This document shows positions 1 through 9,620 of a stretch of DNA of 64,000 nt, piece by piece. This stretch comes from Candidatus Nomurabacteria bacterium. Its GTDB lineage: Bacteria > Patescibacteriota > Minisyncoccia > Phycocordibacterales > UBA9973. The notes under the pieces are model-generated. The model was not told the origin of the DNA and did not search any database. It was given only the letters and a program-made list of their open reading frames with translations. Where the stretch lies: the NCBI GenBank assembly GCA_016199805.1, contig JACQGC010000018.1:5219-69218 (forward strand). Reading direction: 5' to 3'. The first letter of the stretch is position 1. Each line of letters opens with the position of its first letter. The position numbers and the translations under genes were made by a program.

Positions 1-132
1 GATGTAGACCTAGAATCCGTGAAAAACACAGCGAGCTATGTATCGCCGGTGCCGGGAGGCGTGGGCCCGGTGACAGTGGCCATGCTCTTAAATAATGTAT
101 TAAAAGTAGCGAAGGGACGGAAGAATTTTTAG
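1..132 (+). CDS. folD: C-terminal end of bifunctional methylenetetrahydrofolate dehydrogenase/cyclohydrolase (partial)
   Basis: Frame 1 reads ...SYVSPVPGGVGPVTVAMLLNNVLK...*; PVPGGVGPxTVAML is the FolD signature. Confidence 0.9.
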   Translation, partial: DVDLESVKNTASYVSPVPGGVGPVTVAMLLNNVLKVAKGRKNF

Positions 133-138
133 ATTCAG

Positions 139-240
139 CCTCACCCCTGACCCCTCTCCAGCCCCATCCCAACCTTCCCCAGATTACTGGAGAAGGAGTT
201 CGAACCCTCTCTGGTACTTCGGAGAGGGCAGGGTGAGGTC
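139..240. repeat. C-rich/G-rich REP-like palindromic element
   Basis: cctcacccctgacccctctcc ... ggagagggcagggtgagg inverted arms with internal hairpins; same style as the repeats at 4786, 7326 and 42384. Confidence 0.7.
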
Positions 241-270
241 TGGCGAGGGGAATGTGGTATTATTATAATT

Positions 271-750
271 ATGAACAACAAAATCTTTTTCTTTTTTTAT
301 AATCTAGCTTATCAGTCGCAAGTCTTCGATGCAGTAGTTGTGTTTTTTGCTTTATATTTTCCTTATTTGGTGGCAATTTCAGTATTGGTATTTCTTTTGT
401 ACTTGAATAAAAAGAAAGAAATTTTGCTGACATTTTTCTCTGCAGGGTTGGCCTATGTCTTTGCTTATATATTTAAGCATTTATTCTCCACTTCTAGACC
501 TTTTGATGCCTTTCCGCAAGTTCACTCTCTCGTTGTAGAAACAGGGTACAGTTTTCCTTCCGGCCATGCCACTTTCTTCATGGCCCTGGCTGTGGCTATT
601 TTCTTTTATCACAAAAAAGCAGGTTATGTCTTTATGTTCTTTGCTTTATTGATAGGTCTGGCTCGTGTCATCGCCGGAGTGCATTTTCCGGTTGATATTT
701 TGGGAGGTTTTGTCTTGGGCGGACTGGTTTCTTGCTTGGTTGCCCGGTAG
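271..750 (+). CDS. PAP2-family membrane phosphatase (undecaprenyl-diphosphatase-like)
   Basis: KxxxxxxRP, SFPSGH and RxxxGxHFPxD motifs. Confidence 0.9.
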   Translation: MNNKIFFFFYNLAYQSQVFDAVVVFFALYFPYLVAISVLVFLLYLNKKKEILLTFFSAGLAYVFAYIFKHLFSTSRPFDAFPQVHSLVVETGYSFPSGHATFFMALAVAIFFYHKKAGYVFMFFALLIGLARVIAGVHFPVDILGGFVLGGLVSCLVAR

Positions 751-852
751 TGAGACTTTGCGACGCGTCTTTAGATGCATGCTTCGCATATCGCAAAGCT
801 CTACTGCCGGGTTGCATTTTTTACAAAAAATGTATAGTATATATACGTATTT

Positions 853-2226
853 ATGATTAAAAAAATTGTTTTATCTATCGTTATATTAGTCCTAGGCACC
901 GGGGTGGCCTTTTTTGTCTATAAGTCCGAGCCCAAGTTAAACAATCAGCTAAACAAGAATTCTGCCACCGCTTCGTCATTTTTCAAAAATCATCCTTTCC
1001 GTTTGGGACTCGATCTCTCCGGAGGAACACATCTCATATACAAAGCCGACACTTCAGCTGTGCCTGCAGGCCAAGTGGGGGATTCAATGGACGCGCTCCG
1101 TGATGTCATCGAAAGACGCGTAAATCTTTTCGGAGTTTCCGAGCCGGTGGTGCAGGTGCAACATGGCGGATTTGTCTCGGGTGCCGGAGAACAGTTGATT
1201 ATCGACCTTCCGGGCGTGACCGATGTAAAACAGGCAATCACCATGATAGGCCAGACCCCGCTTCTGGAATTTAAGACCGAAGCTCCAGCCGGAACTCCGC
1301 AAAAAGCGACCGTAGGCAAAGACGGTAAAGTGGTTTTGGATGTTGGCGGTCAATATGTCGCCACAGAATTGACCGGAAGATATTTGCAAAAAGCAACTTT
1401 GCAATTTGATGCAAATACCCGCGCCCCGACTGTCAGCTTGCAGTTTGATGACACAGGTACCAAACTCTTTGCTGAAATTACCAAAGCCAATGTCGGTAAA
1501 ACCGTGGCTATCTTTCTAGACGGCGCTCCGATATCCACTCCGGTGGTTCGCGAAGAGATTCCAAACGGCCAAGCGGTTATTTCCGGTTCCTTCACTCCAA
1601 CTGAAGCCAAAACCCTGGTTGGCCGACTAAATTCCGGAGCTCTGCCTGTGCCTATCACCCTTCTTTCCACTCAAACCATCGGTGCAATCTTGGGAGACAA
1701 TGCGGTCAACGCGGGAGTCAAAGCCACGGTCATCGGCTTCTTATTGGTGGCTCTTTTTCTTATATTGCTTTATCGTTTGCCTGGCTTGGTGGCGGTGGTG
1801 TCTTTAAGTATTTTTATAGTAATAATCTTGGCGCTTTTCAAACTTATGCCTGTCACGTTGACGGCGGCTGGTATTGCCGGGTTCATAATTTCCATCGGAG
1901 TGGCGGTGGATGCCAACGTGCTTATTTTCGAACGTATTAAAGAAGAATTGCGTTCCGGGCAAAATATCAAAGATGCGGTCAGGCTTGGTTTCTCCCGAGC
2001 ATGGTTTTCTATCCGGGACTCCAACATTTCAAACTTCATCACCGCGGTCATCCTTTTCTGGTTTGGCACATCCCTCATCAAAGGTTTTGCGCTGACCCTC
2101 GGAACGGGAGTCATCGTGTCGATGTTTAGCGCCATTGTCATCACCCGTGTTTTCTTGGGAGCTCTGGGATTCTTAGGGGAAGGCAAGGTCGCCCGATTCC
2201 TATTTTCAAGTGGAATCGGCAAGTAG
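853..2226 (+). CDS. secD: Protein translocase subunit SecD
   Basis: LGLDLSGG, RRVNLFGVSEP, LNSGALP, VDANVLIFERIKEE. Confidence 0.97.
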   Translation: MIKKIVLSIVILVLGTGVAFFVYKSEPKLNNQLNKNSATASSFFKNHPFRLGLDLSGGTHLIYKADTSAVPAGQVGDSMDALRDVIERRVNLFGVSEPVVQVQHGGFVSGAGEQLIIDLPGVTDVKQAITMIGQTPLLEFKTEAPAGTPQKATVGKDGKVVLDVGGQYVATELTGRYLQKATLQFDANTRAPTVSLQFDDTGTKLFAEITKANVGKTVAIFLDGAPISTPVVREEIPNGQAVISGSFTPTEAKTLVGRLNSGALPVPITLLSTQTIGAILGDNAVNAGVKATVIGFLLVALFLILLYRLPGLVAVVSLSIFIVIILALFKLMPVTLTAAGIAGFIISIGVAVDANVLIFERIKEELRSGQNIKDAVRLGFSRAWFSIRDSNISNFITAVILFWFGTSLIKGFALTLGTGVIVSMFSAIVITRVFLGALGFLGEGKVARFLFSSGIGK

Positions 2227-2304
2227 AAAATTTATCAAGTTATAATGTCCATAAAGAAAATACTTTACAAACTTTAAAAACTTTCAACTTTATAACTAAC
2301 TTAT

Positions 2305-3210
2305 ATGTTTATAATAAATCACAAAAAAATATTTATCGGCATCTCCATATCATTGGTTGTTTTGTCGCTGGCCTCACTTGCCGTATTCGGATTAAAAATC
2401 GGCATCGACTTCAAGGGTGGCGCTTTGACTGAAGTTTCTTACAAAGTGGAACGCCCGGCGCAAGCCACTTTGGAAAAGCCGCTGGCTGATTTGAATTTTG
2501 GCGCCATTATGTTGCAGCCGACGGGTACTTTGGGTTACATAGTAAAGTCCCGAGACTTGAATGATGCCGAGCACACTTCACTTTTGGGCGCGCTTTCGGA
2601 AAACAATGCCGCTCCTCTGACCGAGCTTAGTTTCAATTCCGTCGGACCTTCGGTGGGCAAGGAGCTCACCAGGAAAGCCATTTTGGCCGTTATTTTAATC
2701 TCGCTCGCGATTATTTGCTTCATCGCTTTTGCTTTCCGAAAAGTTTCCAAACCGATTTCTTCCTGGAGATACGGTATCATTGCCATCGTCACACTTTTGC
2801 ACGACGTGGCTATACCTGTCGGAATATTTGTAGTTCTCTCGCATTTTTATGGGGCGGAGGTGGACAGTCTTTTCGTGGTGGCGGTCTTAACCATTCTCGG
2901 TCTTTCCGTTTCCGATACTATTGTCATCTTTGACCGAATCAGGGAAAATTTGAGAAACCAAGCAAGTGTTGCCAAACAAAACTTCAGCGAAATAGTCGGC
3001 AAAAGTTTGTCGCAATCATTTGTGCGTTCCATCTGCACGTCTCTCACTGTCATTCTGGTTCTTCTTTCCCTGTATTTCTTTGGTCCTGAATCCACAAAAT
3101 ATTTTGCCCTGATGCTCACCGCCGGAATGTTCTTCGGAACCTATTCCTCGATTTTCCTAGCCTCACCGCTACTAGTCTGGGTAGAAGAGTGGCAGAAAAA
3201 GCAGAAATAA
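2305..3210 (+). CDS. secF: Protein translocase subunit SecF
   Basis: GIDFKGG, VGPSVG, DTIVIFDRIREN, GTYSSIFLA; follows secD. Confidence 0.97.
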   Translation: MFIINHKKIFIGISISLVVLSLASLAVFGLKIGIDFKGGALTEVSYKVERPAQATLEKPLADLNFGAIMLQPTGTLGYIVKSRDLNDAEHTSLLGALSENNAAPLTELSFNSVGPSVGKELTRKAILAVILISLAIICFIAFAFRKVSKPISSWRYGIIAIVTLLHDVAIPVGIFVVLSHFYGAEVDSLFVVAVLTILGLSVSDTIVIFDRIRENLRNQASVAKQNFSEIVGKSLSQSFVRSICTSLTVILVLLSLYFFGPESTKYFALMLTAGMFFGTYSSIFLASPLLVWVEEWQKKQK

Positions 3211-3304
3211 CCTATATAAAATAAGCATAAAAAATCCATTTTCAAAATGGATTTTTTATGCCATACTTTATGGGTTATAAATTATTATTTTAACTATATT
3301 TATT

Positions 3305-3886
3305 ATGGAAAAAAATTTTTGGCAGAGGAATAAAGTGGTTTTAATTATTTTAGCTGTAATCGTTCTTTTGGCGCTTTGGGTTGTCGGAAAATATAATTCT
3401 TTCGTCAGACAAAACGAAGCCATCACCAACCAATGGGCGCAAGTAGACAATCAATTACAAAGACGCTTTGATTTGATTCCAAACGTCGTCAACACCGTCA
3501 AAGGTATCACCAAGCAAGAGAAAGACGTCTTCACCGCTATCGCCGATGCCCGCACGCATTACGCTGGAGCATCAACTGTCGATCAAAAAGCCACCGCGGC
3601 AGGACAAGTGGAATCATCCCTGGGTAGACTTTTAGTTATCACCGAAAATTATCCACAACTATTATCCTCCAAGTCTTTTCAAGATTTGACGGTAGAGCTT
3701 GAAGGGGCGGAAAACAGAATTGCCGTGGAGAGAATGAAATATAACGACTTAGTAAAGAGCTTGAATGCCGGCGTGAAAGTATTTCCGAGCTCTATTGTGG
3801 CCTCTATTTTTGGAGTAAAAGAGCGTGCTTACTTTGAAGTAAAAGACGAAGCAAAAGTGGTTCCAAAAGTTGACTTTACCCAGTAA
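3305..3886 (+). CDS. lemA: LemA family protein
   Basis: W-Q-V-D-N-QLQRRFDLIPN, ENYPQL, ENRIAVERMKYN. Confidence 0.95.
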   Translation: MEKNFWQRNKVVLIILAVIVLLALWVVGKYNSFVRQNEAITNQWAQVDNQLQRRFDLIPNVVNTVKGITKQEKDVFTAIADARTHYAGASTVDQKATAAGQVESSLGRLLVITENYPQLLSSKSFQDLTVELEGAENRIAVERMKYNDLVKSLNAGVKVFPSSIVASIFGVKERAYFEVKDEAKVVPKVDFTQ

Positions 3887-3896
3887 TTTTAGCTGA

Positions 3897-4775
3897 ATGA
3901 AAAAATTTATTTTTCTGGTTTTTGCTTTTGTGTTTTTTGTGGGAGCTACTAAGGGCTTGGCTTTTGATATTCTAGCCAGACCGCAAAATTTTGTGAACGA
4001 CTACGCCGGAGTTCTTTCGGCGGAAAGCAAAAACGCGCTCGAGAGTAAAATTTCAAACTTCGAGAAACAAACAACTGACGAAATAGCGGTGGTCACAATC
4101 CCGTCCTTAGACGGAGACACGGTAGAAAATGTGGCGCAAGATATTTTCACCAAATGGGGCATCGGCAAAAAAGACAAAAATAATGGAGTGCTAATTTTAG
4201 TCGCCATTTCCGAACACAAGACCCGCATCCAGACCGGCTACGGAGTGGAGGGAGACCTCACCGACTTGGCGACTTCATACATGCAAAGCGAAATAATGGC
4301 CCCGGCTTTCAGGCAAAACGATTATTATTCCGGGCTCTCCGGCGCGGTGGATAAAATAATTGAATCCTTAAACGGTGGCAATGTCGTGCCCGAGGGATAT
4401 TCTTCATCCAAAAAATCAAACACAGATTGGAGTTTTATTTTCTTCCTCATGTTTATCGTTTTGCAGTGGGTTATCGCTATTTTAGGCAGGTCAAAATCTT
4501 GGTGGGGTGGCGGAGTGCTGGGGGCGGCTATCGGCGGAATAATCTGGTTTCTCGGATTGTTTTCTTTTACCATTTCGGCAGTCCTTTTTGCCTTCCTGAT
4601 AATTTTCGGGTTGGGGCTTGATTTTATTGTCTCGCGCGCTTACCAAAATGCGAAAAGCAAAGGCACACGTGTTCCTTGGTGGTTTGGTGGTGGCGGACCA
4701 GGTGGCGGTTCCGGAGGTTTTGGGGGATTTGGCGGCGGAATGTCGGGTGGTGGCGGTTCTTCGGGAGGCTGGTAG
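3897..4775 (+). CDS. TPM-domain (YgcG-like) membrane protein
   Basis: VNDYAGVL, WGIGKKDKNNGVL, TGYGVEG, Gly-rich tail GGGGSSGGW; typical lemA partner. Confidence 0.9.
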   Translation: MKKFIFLVFAFVFFVGATKGLAFDILARPQNFVNDYAGVLSAESKNALESKISNFEKQTTDEIAVVTIPSLDGDTVENVAQDIFTKWGIGKKDKNNGVLILVAISEHKTRIQTGYGVEGDLTDLATSYMQSEIMAPAFRQNDYYSGLSGAVDKIIESLNGGNVVPEGYSSSKKSNTDWSFIFFLMFIVLQWVIAILGRSKSWWGGGVLGAAIGGIIWFLGLFSFTISAVLFAFLIIFGLGLDFIVSRAYQNAKSKGTRVPWWFGGGGPGGGSGGFGGFGGGMSGGGGSSGGW

Positions 4776-4785
4776 TTTGAATTCA

Positions 4786-4824
4786 GAATTACCACCCCTA
4801 ACCCCTCCTTAATCAAGGAGGGGA
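4786..4824. repeat. REP-like palindrome (cccctccttaatcaaggagggg)
   Basis: 24 nt at 4801-4824 are identical to 38801-38824. Confidence 0.8.
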
Positions 4825-4870
4825 GGAAAACAAAATTCCTATTTTTCAGTGTTTCTGTTATACTATTTTT

Positions 4871-5143
4871 ATGGAAATAAAGGATGTAGAAAATCTTGCC
4901 AATTTGTCCAGGATTGAATTGAGCGAAGAAGAAAAACAAGAAATCCTCAAAGACATGAAGGGTATTTTGGAGTATGTGAAGGTGGTGGAGGGCGTGCAAG
5001 TAGAAGACACAAAGCCGGAATATAATTTAAGAAATGTCTGGCGTGATGATGAAATAATTCCGCGCGAATTTTCACATGAGCTTATCACCGAACAATTCCC
5101 AGCATCACAGGATGGATTTTTAAAAGTAAAAAAGATTTTGTAG
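4871..5143 (+). CDS. gatC: Asp/Glu-tRNA amidotransferase subunit C
   Basis: VENLANLSRI, NVWRDDE, P..QDGFLKVKKI; upstream of gatA. Confidence 0.92.
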   Translation: MEIKDVENLANLSRIELSEEEKQEILKDMKGILEYVKVVEGVQVEDTKPEYNLRNVWRDDEIIPREFSHELITEQFPASQDGFLKVKKIL

Positions 5144-5150
5144 TAAAACC

Positions 5151-5256
5151 TGTCCCGTACTAAATTTTTTAGAAAATATATTATGATAAAATATAATTAG
5201 AAAGAAAAAAGAAATGAAAATTATTAATAAAAATTTAAAATTTTAGTACTGGGATG
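5151..5256. repeat. Inverted-repeat element (TGTCCCGTACTAAA ... TTTAGTACTGGGATG) ending in the gatA start codon
   Basis: Terminal IRs around an AT-rich core; sister copies at 14496-14564 and 47233-47305. Confidence 0.8.
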
Positions 5257-6672
5257 ATTGATATAGCCAAACTCACAATTGCAGAGGCGAGAAAAAAATT
5301 GGATGCAAAAGAATTTAGCGCGGTAGATTTGGCGCAGGCATATTTGGATGAAATAAAAAAGAAAAACAAAGAACTTAATGCTTATCTGGAAATTTTTGAT
5401 GATGTTTTGGAACAAGCCAAAGAAGTGGATGCTCGAATTGCCAAAGGGGAGTCGTATCCATTGCTCGGTATTCCTATGGCTATCAAAGATGTTATTTTGA
5501 TAAAAGGTAGGCGAGTTTCTGCCGCGTCGAAAATTTTAGAAAATTACAGAGCCACTTATGACGCTACAGTAATAACCAAATTAAAAAAACAAGGTGCAGT
5601 ATTTTTAGGCAGAACAAACATGGATGAATTTGCCATGGGAGGTTCCACAGAAAATTCTGCTTTCGGCCCGACCAGAAATCCACACGACACCAGAAGGGTT
5701 TCTGGGGGGTCTTCGGGTGGATCTGTGGCTGCAGTGGCCTCCAATATGGCCCTAGGAGCACTGGGTTCAGACACAGGGGGTTCTGTGCGAGAGCCGGCAT
5801 CTTTCTGCGGGATAGTGGGTATGAAGCCTACCTATGGCCGTGTATCGCGTTATGGGCTTATAGCCATGGGTTCTTCGTTGGATTGTATAGGCAGTATTGC
5901 TAAAAACACTGAAGATGCAAAAATTATCTATGATGCCATTTATGGGCATGACATCTTGGATAGTACGAGTATTGAAGATACCACTTATGCAAAACCCCAA
6001 ATAAAAAAAGTTATCGGCGTACCTTGGGATTTAGTCAACATGGAAGGGGTGGATGTGAAAGTCAAAGAAAATTTTAAACAGTCTATTTCTAAATTGGAAA
6101 ATCTTGGTTTCAAAATCAATGATATTTCCATAAAAAATATTGATATGGCTCTGGCGACTTACTATATTATTATGCCGGCGGAATCTTCCACAAACTTATC
6201 GCGTTTTGATGGAATGAGATATGGGTTACATAAAGATGGAAAAGATTTACTTGAAGACTATAGATTGACAAAGAGGGCAGGTTTCGGGAAGGAGGTTCGC
6301 AGGAGAATTTTGCTTGGCACATATGTGCTTTCTTCTGGATATTACGATGCCTATTATGGCAAGGCACAAATAGCTAGGAGCGCGTTAAAAGAGGAATTCG
6401 CGAAAGCGTTCAAGGATGTAGACATTGTAGCCACTCCGACTGCTCCATTTGTGGCTTGGAAAATAGGTGAAAAAAGTGATCCGCTGTCCGTATATCTTGC
6501 TGATATTTTTACCATTACGGCAAACATGGTTGGTATTCCGGCGATTTCTATACCCTCCGGTTTTTCGGAAGTAGAAGGCAAAAAATTGCCATTAGGAATT
6601 CAGTTTATGGCGCCACACGGGGCAGAGGACCTGCTTTTTGAAGTTGGTAAGAAGTTTGAGACAGTGTTATAA
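5254..6672 (+). CDS. gatA: Asp/Glu-tRNA amidotransferase subunit A
   Basis: Amidase signature GGSSGGS, GSDTGGSVR, NLSRFDG, EVRRRILLGT. Confidence 0.97.
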   Translation: MIDIAKLTIAEARKKLDAKEFSAVDLAQAYLDEIKKKNKELNAYLEIFDDVLEQAKEVDARIAKGESYPLLGIPMAIKDVILIKGRRVSAASKILENYRATYDATVITKLKKQGAVFLGRTNMDEFAMGGSTENSAFGPTRNPHDTRRVSGGSSGGSVAAVASNMALGALGSDTGGSVREPASFCGIVGMKPTYGRVSRYGLIAMGSSLDCIGSIAKNTEDAKIIYDAIYGHDILDSTSIEDTTYAKPQIKKVIGVPWDLVNMEGVDVKVKENFKQSISKLENLGFKINDISIKNIDMALATYYIIMPAESSTNLSRFDGMRYGLHKDGKDLLEDYRLTKRAGFGKEVRRRILLGTYVLSSGYYDAYYGKAQIARSALKEEFAKAFKDVDIVATPTAPFVAWKIGEKSDPLSVYLADIFTITANMVGIPAISIPSGFSEVEGKKLPLGIQFMAPHGAEDLLFEVGKKFETVL

Positions 6673-6681
6673 TTTTTATAT

Positions 6682-7326
6682 ATGCAAACAGCTCAAGTTG
6701 TAGCGGAAAATAACCCCAACACCGGAACCTTCCTGGATTCCAGATACCTCGATCCGGGATATCTGTTTAATCACTTATTTCCCTATGTTAAAGATTTTTG
6801 GTTTTTTATCTCCAGTGACCAAGCCATAGCGGTTGAAAAAACCATCCTTGTTTTTCTGGCCATATTCTTTATCGCCATAATTTGCTACACATTTGTGCGT
6901 TTGTTTGAAATTCGAAAAAAAGAACATGCGCACCTGCATCACGAGATGAAGGAATATATGCACAACAAAACCGAGTACGAAAAACACCTGCGAGAAGAAG
7001 TCGGAGGTTCGAAAAATGAACGTTGGGGCAAGACATTAAACTATCTCTTTTCACAACATGGCAGTGATTGGAAACTGGCCATCATCGAGGCGGACTCTAT
7101 GCTCGAAGGCTTGCTCGACCAGCTCGGCTTCAAAGGGGACAACCTGGGTGACAAACTAAAATCTGCCAACCAAGAAAATTTTTCACAGCTTTCCACGGCT
7201 TGGGAAATTCATACTGTGCGAAACAGAATAGCCCACGAAGGACTAGCCTTTGAATTGACCCAGCATGAAGCCAAAAGAGTCATTGCCCTGTACGAGCAAA
7301 TCTTTCATAGTTACGGGTTTATATAA
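6682..7326 (+). CDS. Conserved CPR-type membrane-anchored protein with C-terminal HEPN/DUF4145-like RNxIAH motif
   Basis: One TM helix; WKLAIIEAD..L, G..LGDKLK, HTVRNRIAHE. Confidence 0.6.
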   Translation: MQTAQVVAENNPNTGTFLDSRYLDPGYLFNHLFPYVKDFWFFISSDQAIAVEKTILVFLAIFFIAIICYTFVRLFEIRKKEHAHLHHEMKEYMHNKTEYEKHLREEVGGSKNERWGKTLNYLFSQHGSDWKLAIIEADSMLEGLLDQLGFKGDNLGDKLKSANQENFSQLSTAWEIHTVRNRIAHEGLAFELTQHEAKRVIALYEQIFHSYGFI

Positions 7327-7365
7327 CCCCACCTCAAATCCTCCCCTTACATTAATGTGAGGAAG
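7326..7365. repeat. Degenerate C-rich REP-like palindrome
   Basis: accccacctcaaatcctccccttacattaatgtgagg resembles the reverse complement of 42384-42420. Confidence 0.5.
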
Positions 7366-7373
7366 TTTTCTAG

Positions 7374-7444
7374 TTGCGGGAGGCCGAATCGAACGGCCGT
7401 CTTAAGGTTATGAGCCTTACGAGATGCCTCTTCTCTATCCCGCT
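7374..7444 (-). tRNA. tRNA-Met(CAT), probably initiator type (unpaired 1:72)
   Basis: Reverse complement AGCGGGA..GAG..CTC..TAAGG-CTCATAA-CCTTA..GTTCGATTC..TCCCGCA-A folds as a cloverleaf. Confidence 0.85.
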
Positions 7445-7551
7445 GTGAAGCAAAAGCTTATGTATGTATTATATTACAAAACAGGATTTTTGCAAGTAAA
7501 AATTTGAAAATAAGCCAGAATATGCTATTCTAAGCTGTGTTTGATATATAT

Positions 7552-7624
7552 GTCGGCGTAGCTCAGGCAGTAGAGCATGGGACTCATAAGCCCAATGTCG
7601 CAAGTGCAAGTCTTGCCGCCGACA
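7552..7624 (+). tRNA. tRNA with CAT anticodon (elongator Met or Ile2)
   Basis: GTCGGCG/CGCCGAC acceptor stem, TAGCTCAG..TAGAGC D arm, CTCATAA loop, T loop TGCAAGT. Confidence 0.85.
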
Positions 7625-7680
7625 CAAAGCAATATTTATCCACATTGTTGGTTAGTTGTATCTCCTGTCACGGGGTATAA

Positions 7681-8016
7681 TGTTTAGGTCGTGGTTATTT
7701 TGATGGAGATGGTAACGTATGGTCAGGTTTAATGCATAAAGAAAGGAAAACAAAAAACTTTGTTATTTTCGTTGCATTCACTTCATGCTCATATGAGTTT
7801 CTGAATGAATTACAGAAGAGGCTTAATTTAGTCGGCATTGCCGGGGGTAGTATTTATAAGTCTAAAAAAAGAAAATTTTGCAGATTGCAATTCAGCACCT
7901 CCGGAGCTTTGAAATTGTATGATTTTATGTATAATAGGAAGGTAGAAGACTTTTTCGGCCTATTTTTAAATAGAAAGAAGAAAATCTTTGAAAAATTTAA
8001 TAGATTGCGGCTGTAG
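7681..8016 (+). pseudogene. N-terminally truncated LAGLIDADG homing endonuclease
   Basis: In frame upstream of the 7732 ATG reads GRGYFDGDGNV (LAGLIDADG helix); then FTS.S.EFL..L and LYDFMY..FL.RKK; in-frame TAA at 7678-7680. Confidence 0.8.
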
Positions 8017-8317
8017 CTCAACGGTAGAGCACCCGCCTGTAGATTCGTGCAGCTTTCTGTCGAAAAGGCAGATTGAAACTCTTTGGGATATCGGTGAAGG
8101 CTAACCTCCGACTTTGTGTCGGAGTATGCGAATACCGAGGGAACCCTTCCATATTTTTGCTTTTATAATAAGTAAGCAAAGAGAAGGGGCGCCGTAGAGA
8201 CTAGATACCAAAGCACCTAAAAGTGAAAACTCACGGTGAAGATATAGTCCACGCCATTATGAAAATATTGGACTTAGTGCACGTGGGAGGCCGTGGGGTC
8301 AGCACCCATCAGCCGCG
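8007..8317 (+). tRNA. tRNA-Asp(GTC), intron-split (exons 8007-8040 and 8280-8317)
   Basis: Joined exons give GCGGCTG/CAGCCGC acceptor stem, CCCGC-CTGT^CAC-GTGGG anticodon arm and G73 discriminator. Confidence 0.92.
8041..8279 (+). ncRNA. Group I self-splicing intron (239 nt) at anticodon position 35/36
   Basis: Exon ends in U and intron ends in G; IGS CGTGCAG (8046-8052) pairs with CUGU (P1, U.G) and CACG (P10); P3 CTTTGG/CCAAAG; P7 GAGACTA/TAGTCC. Confidence 0.92.
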
Positions 8318-8413
8318 CAAACATTTTCGATCTTAATTTATAAAGGTTTTTTTCTGCTGACTGATTGGATACAGAACTTCATGTTTGTTTAATATTTTTT
8401 GTGTATAATTTAG

Positions 8414-8770
<357 letters not shown>

Positions 8771-8937
8771 TGAACGCCGGAGCACTGTTTTGATAGTAAT
8801 CAAAACGCGAGGCGGTGCCCAGACCAAAATTTTTGACGAAAAATTTTGAGTCGCGGGAAAGATTCCGGTCGCTCGCGCAAAAAGAGATTTTTTCATCTTC
8901 ACAATTTCTTAATGAGAGAAAGTGTTATAATGAAACA

Positions 8938-9423
8938 ATGCAAGATGCACCCATTCCGGTGGATGAAGAAAAAAGAATAGAAGCAGTACATCGCTTGGCT
9001 ATATTGGATACCAAGCCGGAAGAACGATTTGATATTCTGACGCAGGAAGTAGTGAAGAAATTAAATGTATCTATGTCTATGGTCACCATACTGGATTCAA
9101 ACAGAGAATGGTTCAAGTCTTGCGTGGGGCTGGATAAAAAAGAAGGGGACCGGGCGGCATCTTTCTGCGGGCACGCGCTTCTCGCCAAAAATATTTTTGT
9201 GGTAGAAGATACCTTGAAAGACCCACGTTTTGCCGACAATCCCATGGTGGTTGGTTTTCCGTTTATCAGGTTTTACGCTGGTGTGGCTCTCTTTGATTAT
9301 AAAACCCGGCAGCCCATAGGCGTCTTCTGTGTGAAAGACACCAAACCAAAAAAACTCACCGTGCAAGAGATAGCCATCATTATAGATCTCGCCAATAAAG
9401 CGGAGAAAGAACTCAATAAATAA
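8938..9423 (+). CDS. Stand-alone GAF-domain protein
   Basis: P.P.DEEKR..A...L.ILDT.PEERFD, SFCGHA, D...DPRFADNP.V...P.IRFYAG; ATG follows TGnTATAAT. Confidence 0.88.
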   Translation: MQDAPIPVDEEKRIEAVHRLAILDTKPEERFDILTQEVVKKLNVSMSMVTILDSNREWFKSCVGLDKKEGDRAASFCGHALLAKNIFVVEDTLKDPRFADNPMVVGFPFIRFYAGVALFDYKTRQPIGVFCVKDTKPKKLTVQEIAIIIDLANKAEKELNK

Positions 9424-9463
9424 TTTTTGCAAAATAAGCCAAAATACACTAAGATAACTGGGT

Positions 9464-9538
9464 GCCGTCGTAGCTTAGCGGTAAAGCACGTCATTGGTAA
9501 TGACGAGACCAAGGGTTCGATCCCCTTCGACGGCTCCA
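9464..9538 (+). tRNA. tRNA-Thr(GGT), CCA encoded
   Basis: GCCGTCG/CGACGGC, CGTCA-TTGGTAA-TGACG, GGTTCGATCC. Confidence 0.95.
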
Positions 9539-9546
9539 GGTTTTTT

Positions 9547-9619
9547 GCCGCTGTAGCTCAGGTAGTAGAGCAACGAATTCGTAATTCGTGGGTCGGATGT
9601 GCAAGTCATCCCAGCGGCT
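9547..9619 (+). tRNA. tRNA-Thr(CGT)
   Basis: GCCGCTG/CAGCGGC, ACGAA-TTCGTAA-TTCGT, T loop TGCAAGT. Confidence 0.92.
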
Positions 9620-9620
9620 C

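Noticed and set aside
4871-6672. gatB missing next to gatCA
   Set aside because: Split gat operons are common, and absence cannot be judged from one window.
9588-9620. ORF-track N-terminal extension of prfB
   Set aside because: It lies inside tRNA-Thr(CGT); ATG 9621 is preferred.
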